Assembly (NCBI GenBank): GCA_964195125.1
Contig: CAXMPL010000183.1
Location: 1-43,095, forward strand
Source of the DNA: an uncultured Kiloniellales bacterium
Lineage (GTDB): Bacteria > Actinomycetota > Acidimicrobiia > Spongiisociales > UBA5794
Length of the DNA: 43,095 nucleotides
Reading direction: 5' to 3'
This document shows positions 27,440 to 37,080 of this stretch, piece after piece (the first letter of the stretch is position 1; each line of letters starts with the position of its first letter). The notes beneath the pieces were generated by a model. That model saw nothing but the letters and a program-made list of their open reading frames with translations. It did no database searches and was not told where the DNA came from. Both the position numbers and the translations under genes were made by a program.

Positions 27440-27811
27440 GTGGTCAGGAAATTGGCGCAATCCACACTCGATCGCTTCGGCGAGAAGCTCCAGTCCGAGC
27501 GAGAACGGCTCGAAGAGCTCATCGAAGAGGTCGAGCGGCAGCGAGAGGTTGGCAGGCTTGCCGAGTCTGCGTCGGAGCACAGTGCGGATCCTGGGAACGC
27601 CGACGGCGGTTCACTCGCTTTCGAGATGGAGATGGACATCTCAGTGGAGCAGAACGCAAGAGAGCTTCTGGAGAAGGTCATTCATGCGCAAGACCGCATG
27701 GAGAAGGGTATGTACGGCATATGCGAAGTGACGGGGAAGGCGATTCCGCTGGCGAGGCTGGAAGCCCTCCCGTACGCGACGACGACGGTGGAGGCCGCAA
27801 GCCGGGCTTGA
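27440..27811 (+). CDS. DksA/TraR-family protein with a degenerate (non-Cys4) zinc-finger region
   Basis: Coiled-coil N-terminal part, then ICEVTGKAIPLARLEALPYATTTVEA, where the canonical Cx2C-x17-Cx2C positions read C,T,T,A. GGAGG lies 4 nt upstream of GTG 27440; the track start 27407 is possible. Confidence 0.6.
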   Translation: MVRKLAQSTLDRFGEKLQSERERLEELIEEVERQREVGRLAESASEHSADPGNADGGSLAFEMEMDISVEQNARELLEKVIHAQDRMEKGMYGICEVTGKAIPLARLEALPYATTTVEAASRA

Positions 27812-28260
27812 ACCTCCGGGTGCTGGCTCTGATCGTCGCAGCCATCGTGTTCGTCGCCGATCAGCTGACCAAGGCGTGGGCGGTGAATGCGCTTGCCGAC
27901 GACCCCATCGTCCTCATCGAGGGTTTCCTGCGGTTCCGTCTCACTCACAACACCGGTGCGGCCTTCTCGACCTTCGCCAGGAGCGGCCCTTTGCTCGGCC
28001 TGGTCGTTATCGGGGTCGTCGTCTTCATCCTGTTCGCCCTTCGTGATACCGCACATCGCGGTGAGGCGATAGGACTGGGGCTGCTACTCGGCGGCGCCCT
28101 TGGCAACCTCAGCGATCGGCTGTTTCGCGGGGAGGGGATCATCGACGGCGCTGTCGTTGACTTCATCGACCTGTGGTTCATCCCAACCTTCAACGTTGCC
28201 GACAGCGCGGTCACCATCGGCGTGGTCGTGCTCCTGATTTCGTCACTGTTTCGCCGATGA
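27808..28260 (+). CDS. lspA: Lipoprotein signal peptidase II
   Basis: DQLTKAW, NTGAAFS and FNVADSAVTIG motifs with 4 TMs. The start is TTG 27808 (overlapping the upstream stop) or GTG 27820. Confidence 0.85.
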   Translation: MNLRVLALIVAAIVFVADQLTKAWAVNALADDPIVLIEGFLRFRLTHNTGAAFSTFARSGPLLGLVVIGVVVFILFALRDTAHRGEAIGLGLLLGGALGNLSDRLFRGEGIIDGAVVDFIDLWFIPTFNVADSAVTIGVVVLLISSLFRR

Positions 28261-29183
28261 CCGCTGCGGTCCCCGAAGAGCTCGACGGGAGCCGAGCCGA
28301 CCGGGCGATCGCGGCCATGTGGGACGTCAGTCGAGCTCAGGCCAGAAAGACAATTGATGCCGGCAACGCCGAGCGCGGCGGTGTGGCCCTCCGTCCGTCC
28401 GATCGAGTTGCGGTCGGCGATGAGCTTGCCGTGGCAATCGAGGTGAATCGAGTGACGGTTGAGGCGGAGGACATTGCCTTCGGCGTCGCCTACGAGGACG
28501 ACGATGTGATTGTCGTGGACAAGCCAGCGGGGCTCGTTGTGCATCCCGGGGCGGGTCACAGCAGCGGCACTCTCGCCAACGGCCTGCTGGCACGATTCGA
28601 CGCCGCCGGTGAGCTCGGCCGGGATCGACGATGGGGGATCGTTCACCGGCTCGACCGCGATACCTCGGGCCTGCTCATCGTCGCCAAGACCCCAGGGGCC
28701 CAGGCGACCCTTCAGGACGCGCTTCGTGCGAGAAAGATCAGCAGGCGTTATCTGACACTGGTTGTTGGGCAGTTCGACTCCGCCACCGGCACCATCGAGG
28801 CACCGATCGGAAGGGATCCGACCAACCCGACGCGTATGGCGGTGACCAGCGCCGGCCGTCCCGCTCGCACCCACTACCGGGTAAGTGCGGCCTGGGACGA
28901 CCAGGAGGTCAGCCTGCTGGCGGTGGAGCTGGAAACCGGCCGCACCCACCAAATTCGGGTGCACCTGCAAGCGATCGACCACCCGGTCGTAGGAGACCGC
29001 GTCTATGGTCCTCGCCGCCCCGTCTCCGGTGATCCCGGTCGCACCTGGCTCCACGCCGTTGGGCTCGAGTTTGCCCATCCTTCGCGGTCGACGAGTGTGG
29101 TCGTCGAGGCATCGGTTCCCGAGGACCTCGCCAGGTCGCTCGAGCAACTCGGTCCGCCGAACCGGGGTGTCATCCCTGGCTAA
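28257..29183 (+). CDS. rluD: RluA-family 23S rRNA pseudouridine synthase (RluD-like)
   Basis: S4-like N-terminus, the HRLDRDTSGLLIVAK catalytic motif and GRTHQIRVH. ATGA overlap with lspA. Confidence 0.85.
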   Translation: MTAAVPEELDGSRADRAIAAMWDVSRAQARKTIDAGNAERGGVALRPSDRVAVGDELAVAIEVNRVTVEAEDIAFGVAYEDDDVIVVDKPAGLVVHPGAGHSSGTLANGLLARFDAAGELGRDRRWGIVHRLDRDTSGLLIVAKTPGAQATLQDALRARKISRRYLTLVVGQFDSATGTIEAPIGRDPTNPTRMAVTSAGRPARTHYRVSAAWDDQEVSLLAVELETGRTHQIRVHLQAIDHPVVGDRVYGPRRPVSGDPGRTWLHAVGLEFAHPSRSTSVVVEASVPEDLARSLEQLGPPNRGVIPG

Positions 29184-29205
29184 AATCGATCGTTGGGAGG
29201 CCACG

Positions 29206-30633
29206 ATGTCCGTCCACTACGACCGCTTGTCGTACCTCGACAACTCATATCTCGCGCTCGAGTCGCGCTCGACTCACTTTCACGTTGGCGCGGTGACGAT
29301 CTTCGAAGCCGGTTCGTTTGCGACCGGCGACGGGGGTATCGACGTCAAGCTGGTGCGGGATTTTGTGGCGTCCAAGCTGCACGTCGTCCCTCGCTACCGG
29401 CAACGGTTGGCATGGGTGCCGATCGAACGTCATCCGGTGTGGGTCGACGACGAGTTCTTCAACATAGAGCACCACATCAGGCACATCGCGCTCCCACGAC
29501 CGGGATCGGAGGAGGAGCTCAAACGGATCGCCGGCCGGCTCATGTCCCAGCCGCTCGATCGGTCCAAGGCGCTGTGGGAGATGATCGTCGTCGAGGGCCT
29601 GGAAGGTGGTCGTTTTGCCCTGGTGACCAAGATCCACCACTCCATGATCGACGGGATTGCCGGCGTGGACTTGATGGCGATGCTGATGGGCCTGGAACCG
29701 ACCACTGAGATCGTTGCAGGCTCACCCTACGAGCCGCGGGGGGTTCCAAACGGGACGGAGCTGGCGGTGCGGGAGACGACAAGGAGGATCTCGGGACTGA
29801 TGGAGTCGTTGCTCGAAGTCGGCAGCCTCGTCGAGAACGCCTCCGAGATCCGAGACAACCTGTTCCGCAGGCTGAAGGCGGTGAGCGCCTCCCTTTCCAG
29901 CGGTTGGCTGACGCCGACCGGAGGGACCGCAATCAACGGGCAGATCAGCCCGGACCGGCGGATCGATTGGCTCAGCACACCGCTCGCCGATGTAAAGGAG
30001 GTCAAGAACCTCCTCGGCGGCACAGTGAACGACGTGATCCTCACCACTGTGGCGGGAGGAGTCCGCCGTTTTCTGATGGAACAGCGGGGCGTGGATGACG
30101 ACGCGCTCTCCCAGACTGAGTTCAGAGTGATGGCGCCGGTGAGCGTCCGCAGCCCGCGGAATCGCGGAACCCTGGGCAACCAGGTGGCGATGTGGCTGGT
30201 AAACCTGCCCATCGGAGAATCGGACCCGGTGACACGACACGCCACCGTGGTCGAGGAGACCCGCATGCTGAAGAAGTCGAATCAAGCCCTTGGTGCCTCG
30301 ACGCTGGTGCGGCTCTCAGCCGGGGCCCCGGCAACCCTGGTGGCACTCGGCGCTCGCCTGGCGGCAAACGCCAGACCCTTCAACATGACGGTGACAAACG
30401 TTCCCGGCCCCCAGTTTCCCCTCTATCTCCTGGACGCCAAGGTGCAGAGCACCTATCCGCTGGTACCGCTGTGGCAGAGCCACGGCGTCGGGGTGGCGTT
30501 GTTCAGCTACGCCGGTTCGGTGGACTGGGGCCTCAACGGCGACTTCGGGTTGATGTACGACCTCGACAAGTTCGGCGCCGCCCTGGAAGAAGCGTTCCGC
30601 GAGCTGCTAAAGACAGCACGCGAGAGGCTCTGA
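29206..30633 (+). CDS. Wax ester synthase / acyl-CoA:diacylglycerol acyltransferase (WS/DGAT)
   Basis: HHSMIDGIAG (the HHxxxDG active-site motif), 475 aa, GGGAGG upstream of ATG 29206. Track ORF trimmed. Confidence 0.85.
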   Translation: MSVHYDRLSYLDNSYLALESRSTHFHVGAVTIFEAGSFATGDGGIDVKLVRDFVASKLHVVPRYRQRLAWVPIERHPVWVDDEFFNIEHHIRHIALPRPGSEEELKRIAGRLMSQPLDRSKALWEMIVVEGLEGGRFALVTKIHHSMIDGIAGVDLMAMLMGLEPTTEIVAGSPYEPRGVPNGTELAVRETTRRISGLMESLLEVGSLVENASEIRDNLFRRLKAVSASLSSGWLTPTGGTAINGQISPDRRIDWLSTPLADVKEVKNLLGGTVNDVILTTVAGGVRRFLMEQRGVDDDALSQTEFRVMAPVSVRSPRNRGTLGNQVAMWLVNLPIGESDPVTRHATVVEETRMLKKSNQALGASTLVRLSAGAPATLVALGARLAANARPFNMTVTNVPGPQFPLYLLDAKVQSTYPLVPLWQSHGVGVALFSYAGSVDWGLNGDFGLMYDLDKFGAALEEAFRELLKTARERL

Positions 30634-30669
30634 GCCGCAGGTTTATCGCCAGGGGAGTCGATCTAGGAA

Positions 30670-31452
30670 CTATCGGCGGTGCCGCCAGGGCGGGTCGGGG
30701 CCTGCCCGCGGTCGAATCAGTCGACGCCGTTGCCGTGGGCTGTCGAGGGCGATGCGGAATCCTTGGCCGTGGATGGCGACGTGGTGGTGGTACCAACACA
30801 GCGTGGTGAGGTTGTCGGGGTCGTGGGTGCCGCCGTGGCGATGTTCTCGAATATGGTGAGGTTGCAGCCGGTAGCGGCTCTGACAGGCGTCGATGGTGCA
30901 GCAACGGTCACGCCAGGCCACGAAGCGGCGAACCGCCGGTGGGATGGCCCTGGCGGCGTCTGAGGTGACGACGGGTCGTCCGTCGGCGAGTCCGATGAGT
31001 TGCACCGACCCGGTACACAGCAAGGTTTCGAGTGTGTTGGGTCCGACCCGCGGTCCATATTCGATCTCGGCCCCGGTCTCACCGCCGCTGGTGTTGGCGG
31101 CGTCGAGGTCGACGAACACTGCTACGGAAGGCCCTGCCAATCCGCCGGCATCAGCGTTTCCATTGCGATCGAGGGAGTCTTGTGCCATGGCGACCAGGGC
31201 GTCGGCTTGGCGTTGTGCCCTCGTGAACTCGTCACCCCCGAGGAGTTGGCGAAACTCGTCGGCACGGTTCTGGAGCGCTTTGGCGAAGGTGCGGCCCTCG
31301 AGGCCCGGGAGTTGCCCTAAGACTCTCCACGTCGATTCATCGAGCGTTGGCTGCGCCATACAGAACCGCTCTGCAAACGCCCGCCGCTCGTTGCGATGAG
31401 TCATCCGACGCTGTCGCGCACTGAGCCGGGCCACATCATGCAGGTCGAGCAA
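30670..31452 (-). CDS. DUF222-type HNH endonuclease (13E12-repeat-family-like), short form
   Basis: C-terminal CTIDACQSRYRLQPHHIREHRHGGTHDPDNLTTLCWYHHHVAIH, preceded by a DUF222-like region. It is only 260 aa with a TTG start, so it may be 5'-truncated. Confidence 0.75.
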   Translation of the reverse strand: MLDLHDVARLSARQRRMTHRNERRAFAERFCMAQPTLDESTWRVLGQLPGLEGRTFAKALQNRADEFRQLLGGDEFTRAQRQADALVAMAQDSLDRNGNADAGGLAGPSVAVFVDLDAANTSGGETGAEIEYGPRVGPNTLETLLCTGSVQLIGLADGRPVVTSDAARAIPPAVRRFVAWRDRCCTIDACQSRYRLQPHHIREHRHGGTHDPDNLTTLCWYHHHVAIHGQGFRIALDSPRQRRRLIRPRAGPDPPWRHRR

Positions 31453-31573
31453 AGCCGAAGACTGATCGCAGAGCTGCGCCCGAGGTCGCGAAATGCTGTC
31501 TGCGGCCGCTCGCTTGTGTGGTCCCGGCGTGGTTGAATGCCACTGATGTAGTTCCGGCCAGCCGAGGAAGCCG

Positions 31574-34500
31574 TTGCCCCGCGAAGGGTTCGCCCACTTA
31601 CACGTTCACTCTGAGTTTTCCATGCTCGACGGAGCGGCGCGGGTCAACGACATGGTCGCCGCCGCCGCCGCCGACGATCAGCCGGCGATCGCCATCACCG
31701 ACCACGGGGTCTTATACGGGGTCATCGACTTCTACAAAGCAGCCACCGAGGTCGGGATCAAGCCGATCATCGGCATGGAGGCGTATCTCACGCCTGGGTC
31801 CCGGTTCGACCGACCACCACGACGGGAAGACGTTCGCTACCACATGACCCTGCTCGCGGTGAACCAAACCGGGTATCACAACCTCATCCAGCTGTCGTCT
31901 CGCGCCTATCTCGAGGGGTTCTACTACAAGCCTCGCATGGACGCCGAGCTCCTTGCAGAGCACAGCGAGGGGATCGTGGCAACAACCGGATGCCTCGGCG
32001 GCCATGTGCCTCAGTTGCTCGCTCCCGAGGGGTCCAGCGAGGAGGGCAACGTTGGTCAGGTCCGCGACTACTCGGGTGCGGTGGCCGCGGCGGCCCGGTA
32101 TCAGGACATCTTCGGCAAGGACAACTTCTTCGTGGAGGTCCAGGACCACGGGCTCGCCGCCCAGAAACGGATCATGGACGATCTGCTCCAGGTGGCAACG
32201 GACATCGGCGCCCCGCTGCTCGCCGCCAACGACAGCCACTACACCTACGCCGCAGAGGCCGACACCCACGATGTGCTGCTCTGCATTCAGACGGGCGCTA
32301 ACAAGAGTGATGAAAAACGGTTCCGGTTCGACTCTCAGGAGTTCTACCTCAAGTCTGCGAAACAAATGCAGGAGCTATTCCCAGACGACCGGTACCCGAA
32401 TGCAACTGCCAACACCCTCCTGATCGCAGAACGCGCCGACCTCACCATCGAGTTCGGCAATTTCCTCCTCCCCCAGTTTCCAGTACCGGAGGGGGCCAGC
32501 GAGGCGGAGTACCTGCATCAGCGAGTGATGGAGGGGGCAAGGAATCGGTACGGGACGCTGGGGCCGGACGTCGTCAACCGTATCGACTACGAGCTTGGTG
32601 TGATCACCGATATGGGTTTCGCTGCCTATTTCCTCATCGTCTGGGATCTGATGCGACACGCCCGCGAGCGCGGCATCAGGCGAGGGCCCGGCAGGGGCAG
32701 CGCCGCCGGCTCGATCGTCTCGTACTGTCTCGACATCACCGATCTCGACCCGATCGAGTTCGGTTTGCTCTTCGAGCGGTTCCTCAATCCGGGGCGTCGC
32801 GAGATGCCCGACATCGACATGGACTTCGACGAGCGGTACCGCAGCGAGATGATCCGATACTGCGCAGGGAAATACGGGTCGGACCACGTCGCCCAGATCA
32901 TCACCTTCTCTACGATCAAGGGGAAGCAGGCCATCCGGGACGCTGCCAGGGTGCTCGGCTATCCATACGGGGTGGGGGACCGAACCGCGAAGCTGATGCC
33001 CCCGTCGATTCTCGGCAAGGACGCAACCCTTGCCCAGGCGCTCGACGAACCGGGTCCCTATGCCGATCAGATGGTGCGCGATCACTACACGAGCGCTGCC
33101 GGGCTCAGAGAGCTCTATGACGCCGACTCGCAGGTCAAGGAGGTTGTCGACGCCGCGCGAGGCCTCGAGGGCCTTCGCCGCCAGGACTCGATCCACGCTG
33201 CGGCGGTAGTGATTTCTCCGCGGCCGCTCACCGAGGTCGTACCCATCCAGCGCAAGGGCGACGACGCCGAGGTCGTCACCCAGTATGAGATGCACGGCGT
33301 CGAGGCGCTTGGCTTGCTGAAGATGGACTTCCTTGGGCTCCGGAACCTCACCACCATCGAACGCACCCTCGATTTGATCGACCGGAACGCCGGGTCCAAA
33401 CCCGATATCGACAATCTGTCGCTCGACGACTCTGCGGTATACGACATGCTCAAGAGCGGCGACTCGGTTGGCGTCTTCCAGTTCGAGGGTGGGCCGATGC
33501 GGGCATTGATGCGCAACCTCGAGCCCGATCGGTTCGAACACCTCGTCGCCCTCAACGCCCTATATCGCCCTGGACCGCTCGGCGCAGGGATGCATCTCGA
33601 ATACGCGAACAGAAAGAACGGGAAGGCGGAGATCAGCTACCTCCATGATGACCTCGAGGAGATCCTCGGTGACACCTTCGGGGTCGTGGTGTTCCAGGAG
33701 CAGGTCATGCAGGCCGCTCAGAAGATGGCGGGGTACTCGCTGACAGAAGCGGACAGCCTGCGCAAGGCGATGGGGAAGAAGATCCCAGCGGTGATGCAGG
33801 CCCAGGAGGAGCAGTTCATCGCAGGATGTGTTGCCAACGGGTACACGGAGCAGTTGGGCAAGGAGCTCTTCGGGTTCATCGAGCATTTCGCCGGCTACGG
33901 GTTCAACAAGAGCCACTCTGCGGCCTATGCGCTCGTCGCCTACCAGACCGCGTGGTTGAAGGTCCACTATCCGTCGGAGTACATGGCGGCCCTGCTGACC
34001 TCGGCCAAACGAGACAAGGACCGCACCGCCGTCTACCTGCACGAGTGCCGGATGATGGGAATCCCCGTGTTGGTTCCCGACGTAAACCTCTCGGAGTCGG
34101 ACTTCGTCGGGAGCGATGGTCGCATTTCCTTTGGGTTGTCTGCGATTCGCAACGTCGGAGAGGCTGTTGTAGATCTCGTGGTATTCGAGCGGGAGAAGAA
34201 CGGCCCGTTTGTCAGTTTCGACGATTTCGTCAATCGGGTCGACGTCAACGTGCTCAACAAACGAACGATCGAGGCCTTGATAAAGGCTGGCGCATTCGAT
34301 TCGCTTGCCCACCGCCGCCGCGGCCTGCTCGAGGTGGCGTTCGACACGCTCGACGCCACGATCACCCGTCGCCGGGCGGAGGATATGGGTCAGTACAGCC
34401 TGTTCGGCAGCGCAGATGTTGGTGAAGAGTCAGTCGGGATCGTGGTCCCCGAGATCGAGTGGGACAAGAAGGTCAAGTTGGGATTCGAGAAAGAGATGCT

Positions 34501-35080
34501 CGGCCTATACGTCTCCGACCACCCCCTGCTCGGTGTCGAGGCGACCCTCGAAGCCATGTGCTCGGCATCCATCCCCGGGCTCTGGGATCTGAAGGATCGT
34601 GCGCAGGCCTCAATCGGTGGCATCGTCGGAGCGATCACCACCCGGTATACCAAGGCCGGCGAGCCGATGTATTTCTTCAGTCTCGAGGATCTGCAGGGTG
34701 CGGTCGAAGTGGTCAGCTTCCCGCGTACGGTGTCCGAGTTCGGTCCGCTCATCCGCGAGGATGCCATCTTGATCGTGACCGGGCGGGTCGACCATCGCGG
34801 CGACGATGTCAAGTTCATCGCCCAGCAGATCCACGAACCTCAACTCGATGCTGATTCGGTTGTCCGACTCAAGGTGCCCGCGACCCGCCTGTCGCAGGAC
34901 ACGGTGGGCAAGCTGCGTGGCATTTTGAGTAATCATCCAGGAGCCGCGGAGGTGTACCTCCACATGACGGCGGACAACGGTGAGAAAGTGCTGCGACTCG
35001 GAAAGGAGCACCGGGTCGAAGCCCGCTCCGCCCTGTTCGCCGAGCTGCGCGAGCTGCTGGGACCGTCGGTGGTGTTGTAA
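31574..35080 (+). CDS. dnaE: DNA polymerase III alpha subunit DnaE1
   Basis: 1168 aa with the PHP domain FAHLHVHSEFSMLDG, a polymerase core and an OB fold. TTG start with GAGGAAG upstream. Confidence 0.95.
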   Translation: MPREGFAHLHVHSEFSMLDGAARVNDMVAAAAADDQPAIAITDHGVLYGVIDFYKAATEVGIKPIIGMEAYLTPGSRFDRPPRREDVRYHMTLLAVNQTGYHNLIQLSSRAYLEGFYYKPRMDAELLAEHSEGIVATTGCLGGHVPQLLAPEGSSEEGNVGQVRDYSGAVAAAARYQDIFGKDNFFVEVQDHGLAAQKRIMDDLLQVATDIGAPLLAANDSHYTYAAEADTHDVLLCIQTGANKSDEKRFRFDSQEFYLKSAKQMQELFPDDRYPNATANTLLIAERADLTIEFGNFLLPQFPVPEGASEAEYLHQRVMEGARNRYGTLGPDVVNRIDYELGVITDMGFAAYFLIVWDLMRHARERGIRRGPGRGSAAGSIVSYCLDITDLDPIEFGLLFERFLNPGRREMPDIDMDFDERYRSEMIRYCAGKYGSDHVAQIITFSTIKGKQAIRDAARVLGYPYGVGDRTAKLMPPSILGKDATLAQALDEPGPYADQMVRDHYTSAAGLRELYDADSQVKEVVDAARGLEGLRRQDSIHAAAVVISPRPLTEVVPIQRKGDDAEVVTQYEMHGVEALGLLKMDFLGLRNLTTIERTLDLIDRNAGSKPDIDNLSLDDSAVYDMLKSGDSVGVFQFEGGPMRALMRNLEPDRFEHLVALNALYRPGPLGAGMHLEYANRKNGKAEISYLHDDLEEILGDTFGVVVFQEQVMQAAQKMAGYSLTEADSLRKAMGKKIPAVMQAQEEQFIAGCVANGYTEQLGKELFGFIEHFAGYGFNKSHSAAYALVAYQTAWLKVHYPSEYMAALLTSAKRDKDRTAVYLHECRMMGIPVLVPDVNLSESDFVGSDGRISFGLSAIRNVGEAVVDLVVFEREKNGPFVSFDDFVNRVDVNVLNKRTIEALIKAGAFDSLAHRRRGLLEVAFDTLDATITRRRAEDMGQYSLFGSADVGEESVGIVVPEIEWDKKVKLGFEKEMLGLYVSDHPLLGVEATLEAMCSASIPGLWDLKDRAQASIGGIVGAITTRYTKAGEPMYFFSLEDLQGAVEVVSFPRTVSEFGPLIREDAILIVTGRVDHRGDDVKFIAQQIHEPQLDADSVVRLKVPATRLSQDTVGKLRGILSNHPGAAEVYLHMTADNGEKVLRLGKEHRVEARSALFAELRELLGPSVVL

Positions 35081-35085
35081 CCACC

Positions 35086-35106
35086 CAGTTTCCAGTTTCC
35101 AGTCAA
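35086..35106 (+). repeat. Tandem heptamer CAGTTTC CAGTTTC CAGTCAA
   Basis: Read directly. It fills most of the 31-bp gap between convergent dnaE and the ArsA-like gene. Confidence 0.8.
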
Positions 35107-35111
35107 GCCCA

Positions 35112-36179
35112 TCACTGGTCGATCACCGCATCGAGATCAATACCGTCGAGGAGTGCAATCAGCGATTCCGCATCGGTCAAGGGGACGGGTACCCACGGAA
35201 CGGCGATGAGGGGGACCCCGTAGCGGTCGGCGAGTCCCACCATGGCAGCCGACTGGCGCCTGGCCTCACCGCCCCAGTTCACCAGGTTCTTCGTCAGCTC
35301 GGCTCGGACTGCCGGGTCGGGGACGTTGGGGATCGGCAGCAGGGCGGCGTCGGCCCAGGCCGTCGGTAGGGCGCGGTTGAGGATGATGGCGGCCGGCTTC
35401 ACGTCGGTTTCGGTCAACTCCTCGAAGAAGCGAACAGCCTCGGCAACGGGTGCGGGATCGGCTGTGGTCACCACCAGCGTGGTCGCTTGCTGTAGATACC
35501 GCTGCATCGTGTGAGCCCTCGCCGTCAACGCGTCGTACATGGTCCGCAGATCGAGCAGGAACTCGGCGACGTCCTCGAGTAACGGTCCGCCGAGCACGCT
35601 ATCGGCGACCTTGAGCAGCGGCCTTCCGGTGAATCGATACAGGAATCGGCGGCCGGGCAGCTGGGCACCGGTCAGCCAGTGCAGCAGCCTCCCCCCCACG
35701 AGATCGGCTGTTCTTGCTGGGGCGAGATAGAAATCAAGACCACCAGCCGACGGCGGGGTATCGATGACGATGCGGTCCCAGCTCCCGGACTCGATGAAGA
35801 TCGACATTGCCTCGGCAGCGGCAAAGGACTGCGCGGCAGGGAATCGATCGGCCAGGGCTCGGAAGTACGGGTTCACCAACAGGCGGTCTGCGATCTCCGG
35901 CTCGCTGTAGCGATGTACGATCGCTTCCCATGATGCGGTAGCGTCGAGCATCGCGGCCCACACGCCGGGTGCGTCGATCACCGGCACAGGATCCCCACCG
36001 AGGCTGGTCAAATCGAGGGCGTCGGCGAGCCGCTTCGCGGGGTCAACCGTCATGACCAGGGTACGTGTGGTGCGAGAGGCGACGGCGATGGCCAGCGCTG
36101 CCGACAGAGTGGTCTTGCCAACTCCTCCGGCTCCGGTCACGACGACCACCTTTGTTCCGCTCACAAGAGCCGCTCGCAT
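35112..36179 (-). CDS. ArsA/Get3-like P-loop ATPase (second of pair)
   Basis: 355 aa, VVTGAGGVGKTTLSAALA deviant Walker A. Overlaps the upstream partner by 19 nt. Confidence 0.8.
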   Translation of the reverse strand: MRAALVSGTKVVVVTGAGGVGKTTLSAALAIAVASRTTRTLVMTVDPAKRLADALDLTSLGGDPVPVIDAPGVWAAMLDATASWEAIVHRYSEPEIADRLLVNPYFRALADRFPAAQSFAAAEAMSIFIESGSWDRIVIDTPPSAGGLDFYLAPARTADLVGGRLLHWLTGAQLPGRRFLYRFTGRPLLKVADSVLGGPLLEDVAEFLLDLRTMYDALTARAHTMQRYLQQATTLVVTTADPAPVAEAVRFFEELTETDVKPAAIILNRALPTAWADAALLPIPNVPDPAVRAELTKNLVNWGGEARRQSAAMVGLADRYGVPLIAVPWVPVPLTDAESLIALLDGIDLDAVIDQ

Positions 36180-37024
36180 TCATCGGCAAGGCGCTCCGCG
36201 ACCTCTGCTGGTGTCCGCATGTCGAACAGGTAGGGGAGCCGTGGATCGTCTGGCACGGCGTCGAGCCACTTCCTTTGCTGTGCGGTGAGGTCGCTGTGCA
36301 GCAAGCCCGCGTCCCTGGCCTCCGATGGATCCAGCCGTTCGATAGTGGCGCGAGACGCTTCCAACGGGTCGAAGACGCGATTGGCGAGCACGCCGGCAAT
36401 GAGGATCTGACGCTCCTTGTCGATCTGGGCGATCGCCTGACGGGTCTCCACGATGGGAAGCTCCTCGGCGGTTGTGACCAGCGCCAATCCACTCACTTCA
36501 GGGTCGCCGAGGGTGGCTTGGAGCCTTGCCGCCTGTTCTCGTACCCCACCGGTTGGGATGAGACCGGTGATCGTTTGGGGGGCGGTCAGGTACGACTGGA
36601 GCTGGCCAAGGGGGGGTGCGTCGACAACCACCAGATCCCAATCTCCCTCCCACACTTCGAAGATCGGCTTTCCCATCGTGACGATCTCCCGTACCCCTGG
36701 AGCGGTGTCGACGAGGACGTTGAGTGCCTTGCTCAACTGAGTGGTAGGGAGAGATCGAGCCGCTCGCACCTGGAGTTTGAGGTATTGGTCGAGGGCGTTA
36801 GCGCGGTCGACAACGGAGGCGAAGAGACCAGGGTGGACCTGCAGCGGTTCGGTGCTGAGGGTCTCGATGCCGAAATGGGAAGCTAGGCCGAGGGCCTCAG
36901 TCATCGCAACGGCGAGAACCCGCCGGCCATGACGGGCAGCGACAATGGCAAGCGCCGCGGTCACCGCTGACTTCCCGACACCCCCCTTGCCGGAGACGAG
37001 CAGCAGGCGTCGGTCGAGCATCAT
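36161..37024 (-). CDS. ArsA/Get3-like P-loop ATPase (first of pair)
   Basis: 287 aa, LVSGKGGVGKSAVTAALA. The paired arrangement resembles M. tuberculosis Rv3679/Rv3680. Confidence 0.8.
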   Translation of the reverse strand: MMLDRRLLLVSGKGGVGKSAVTAALAIVAARHGRRVLAVAMTEALGLASHFGIETLSTEPLQVHPGLFASVVDRANALDQYLKLQVRAARSLPTTQLSKALNVLVDTAPGVREIVTMGKPIFEVWEGDWDLVVVDAPPLGQLQSYLTAPQTITGLIPTGGVREQAARLQATLGDPEVSGLALVTTAEELPIVETRQAIAQIDKERQILIAGVLANRVFDPLEASRATIERLDPSEARDAGLLHSDLTAQQRKWLDAVPDDPRLPYLFDMRTPAEVAERLADECERLL

Positions 37025-37080
37025 GGGGCGGCGATAGTCGGCAGCCGCAAGTTTCCGACGGCGGCGGTGCGCTTGGTGTT

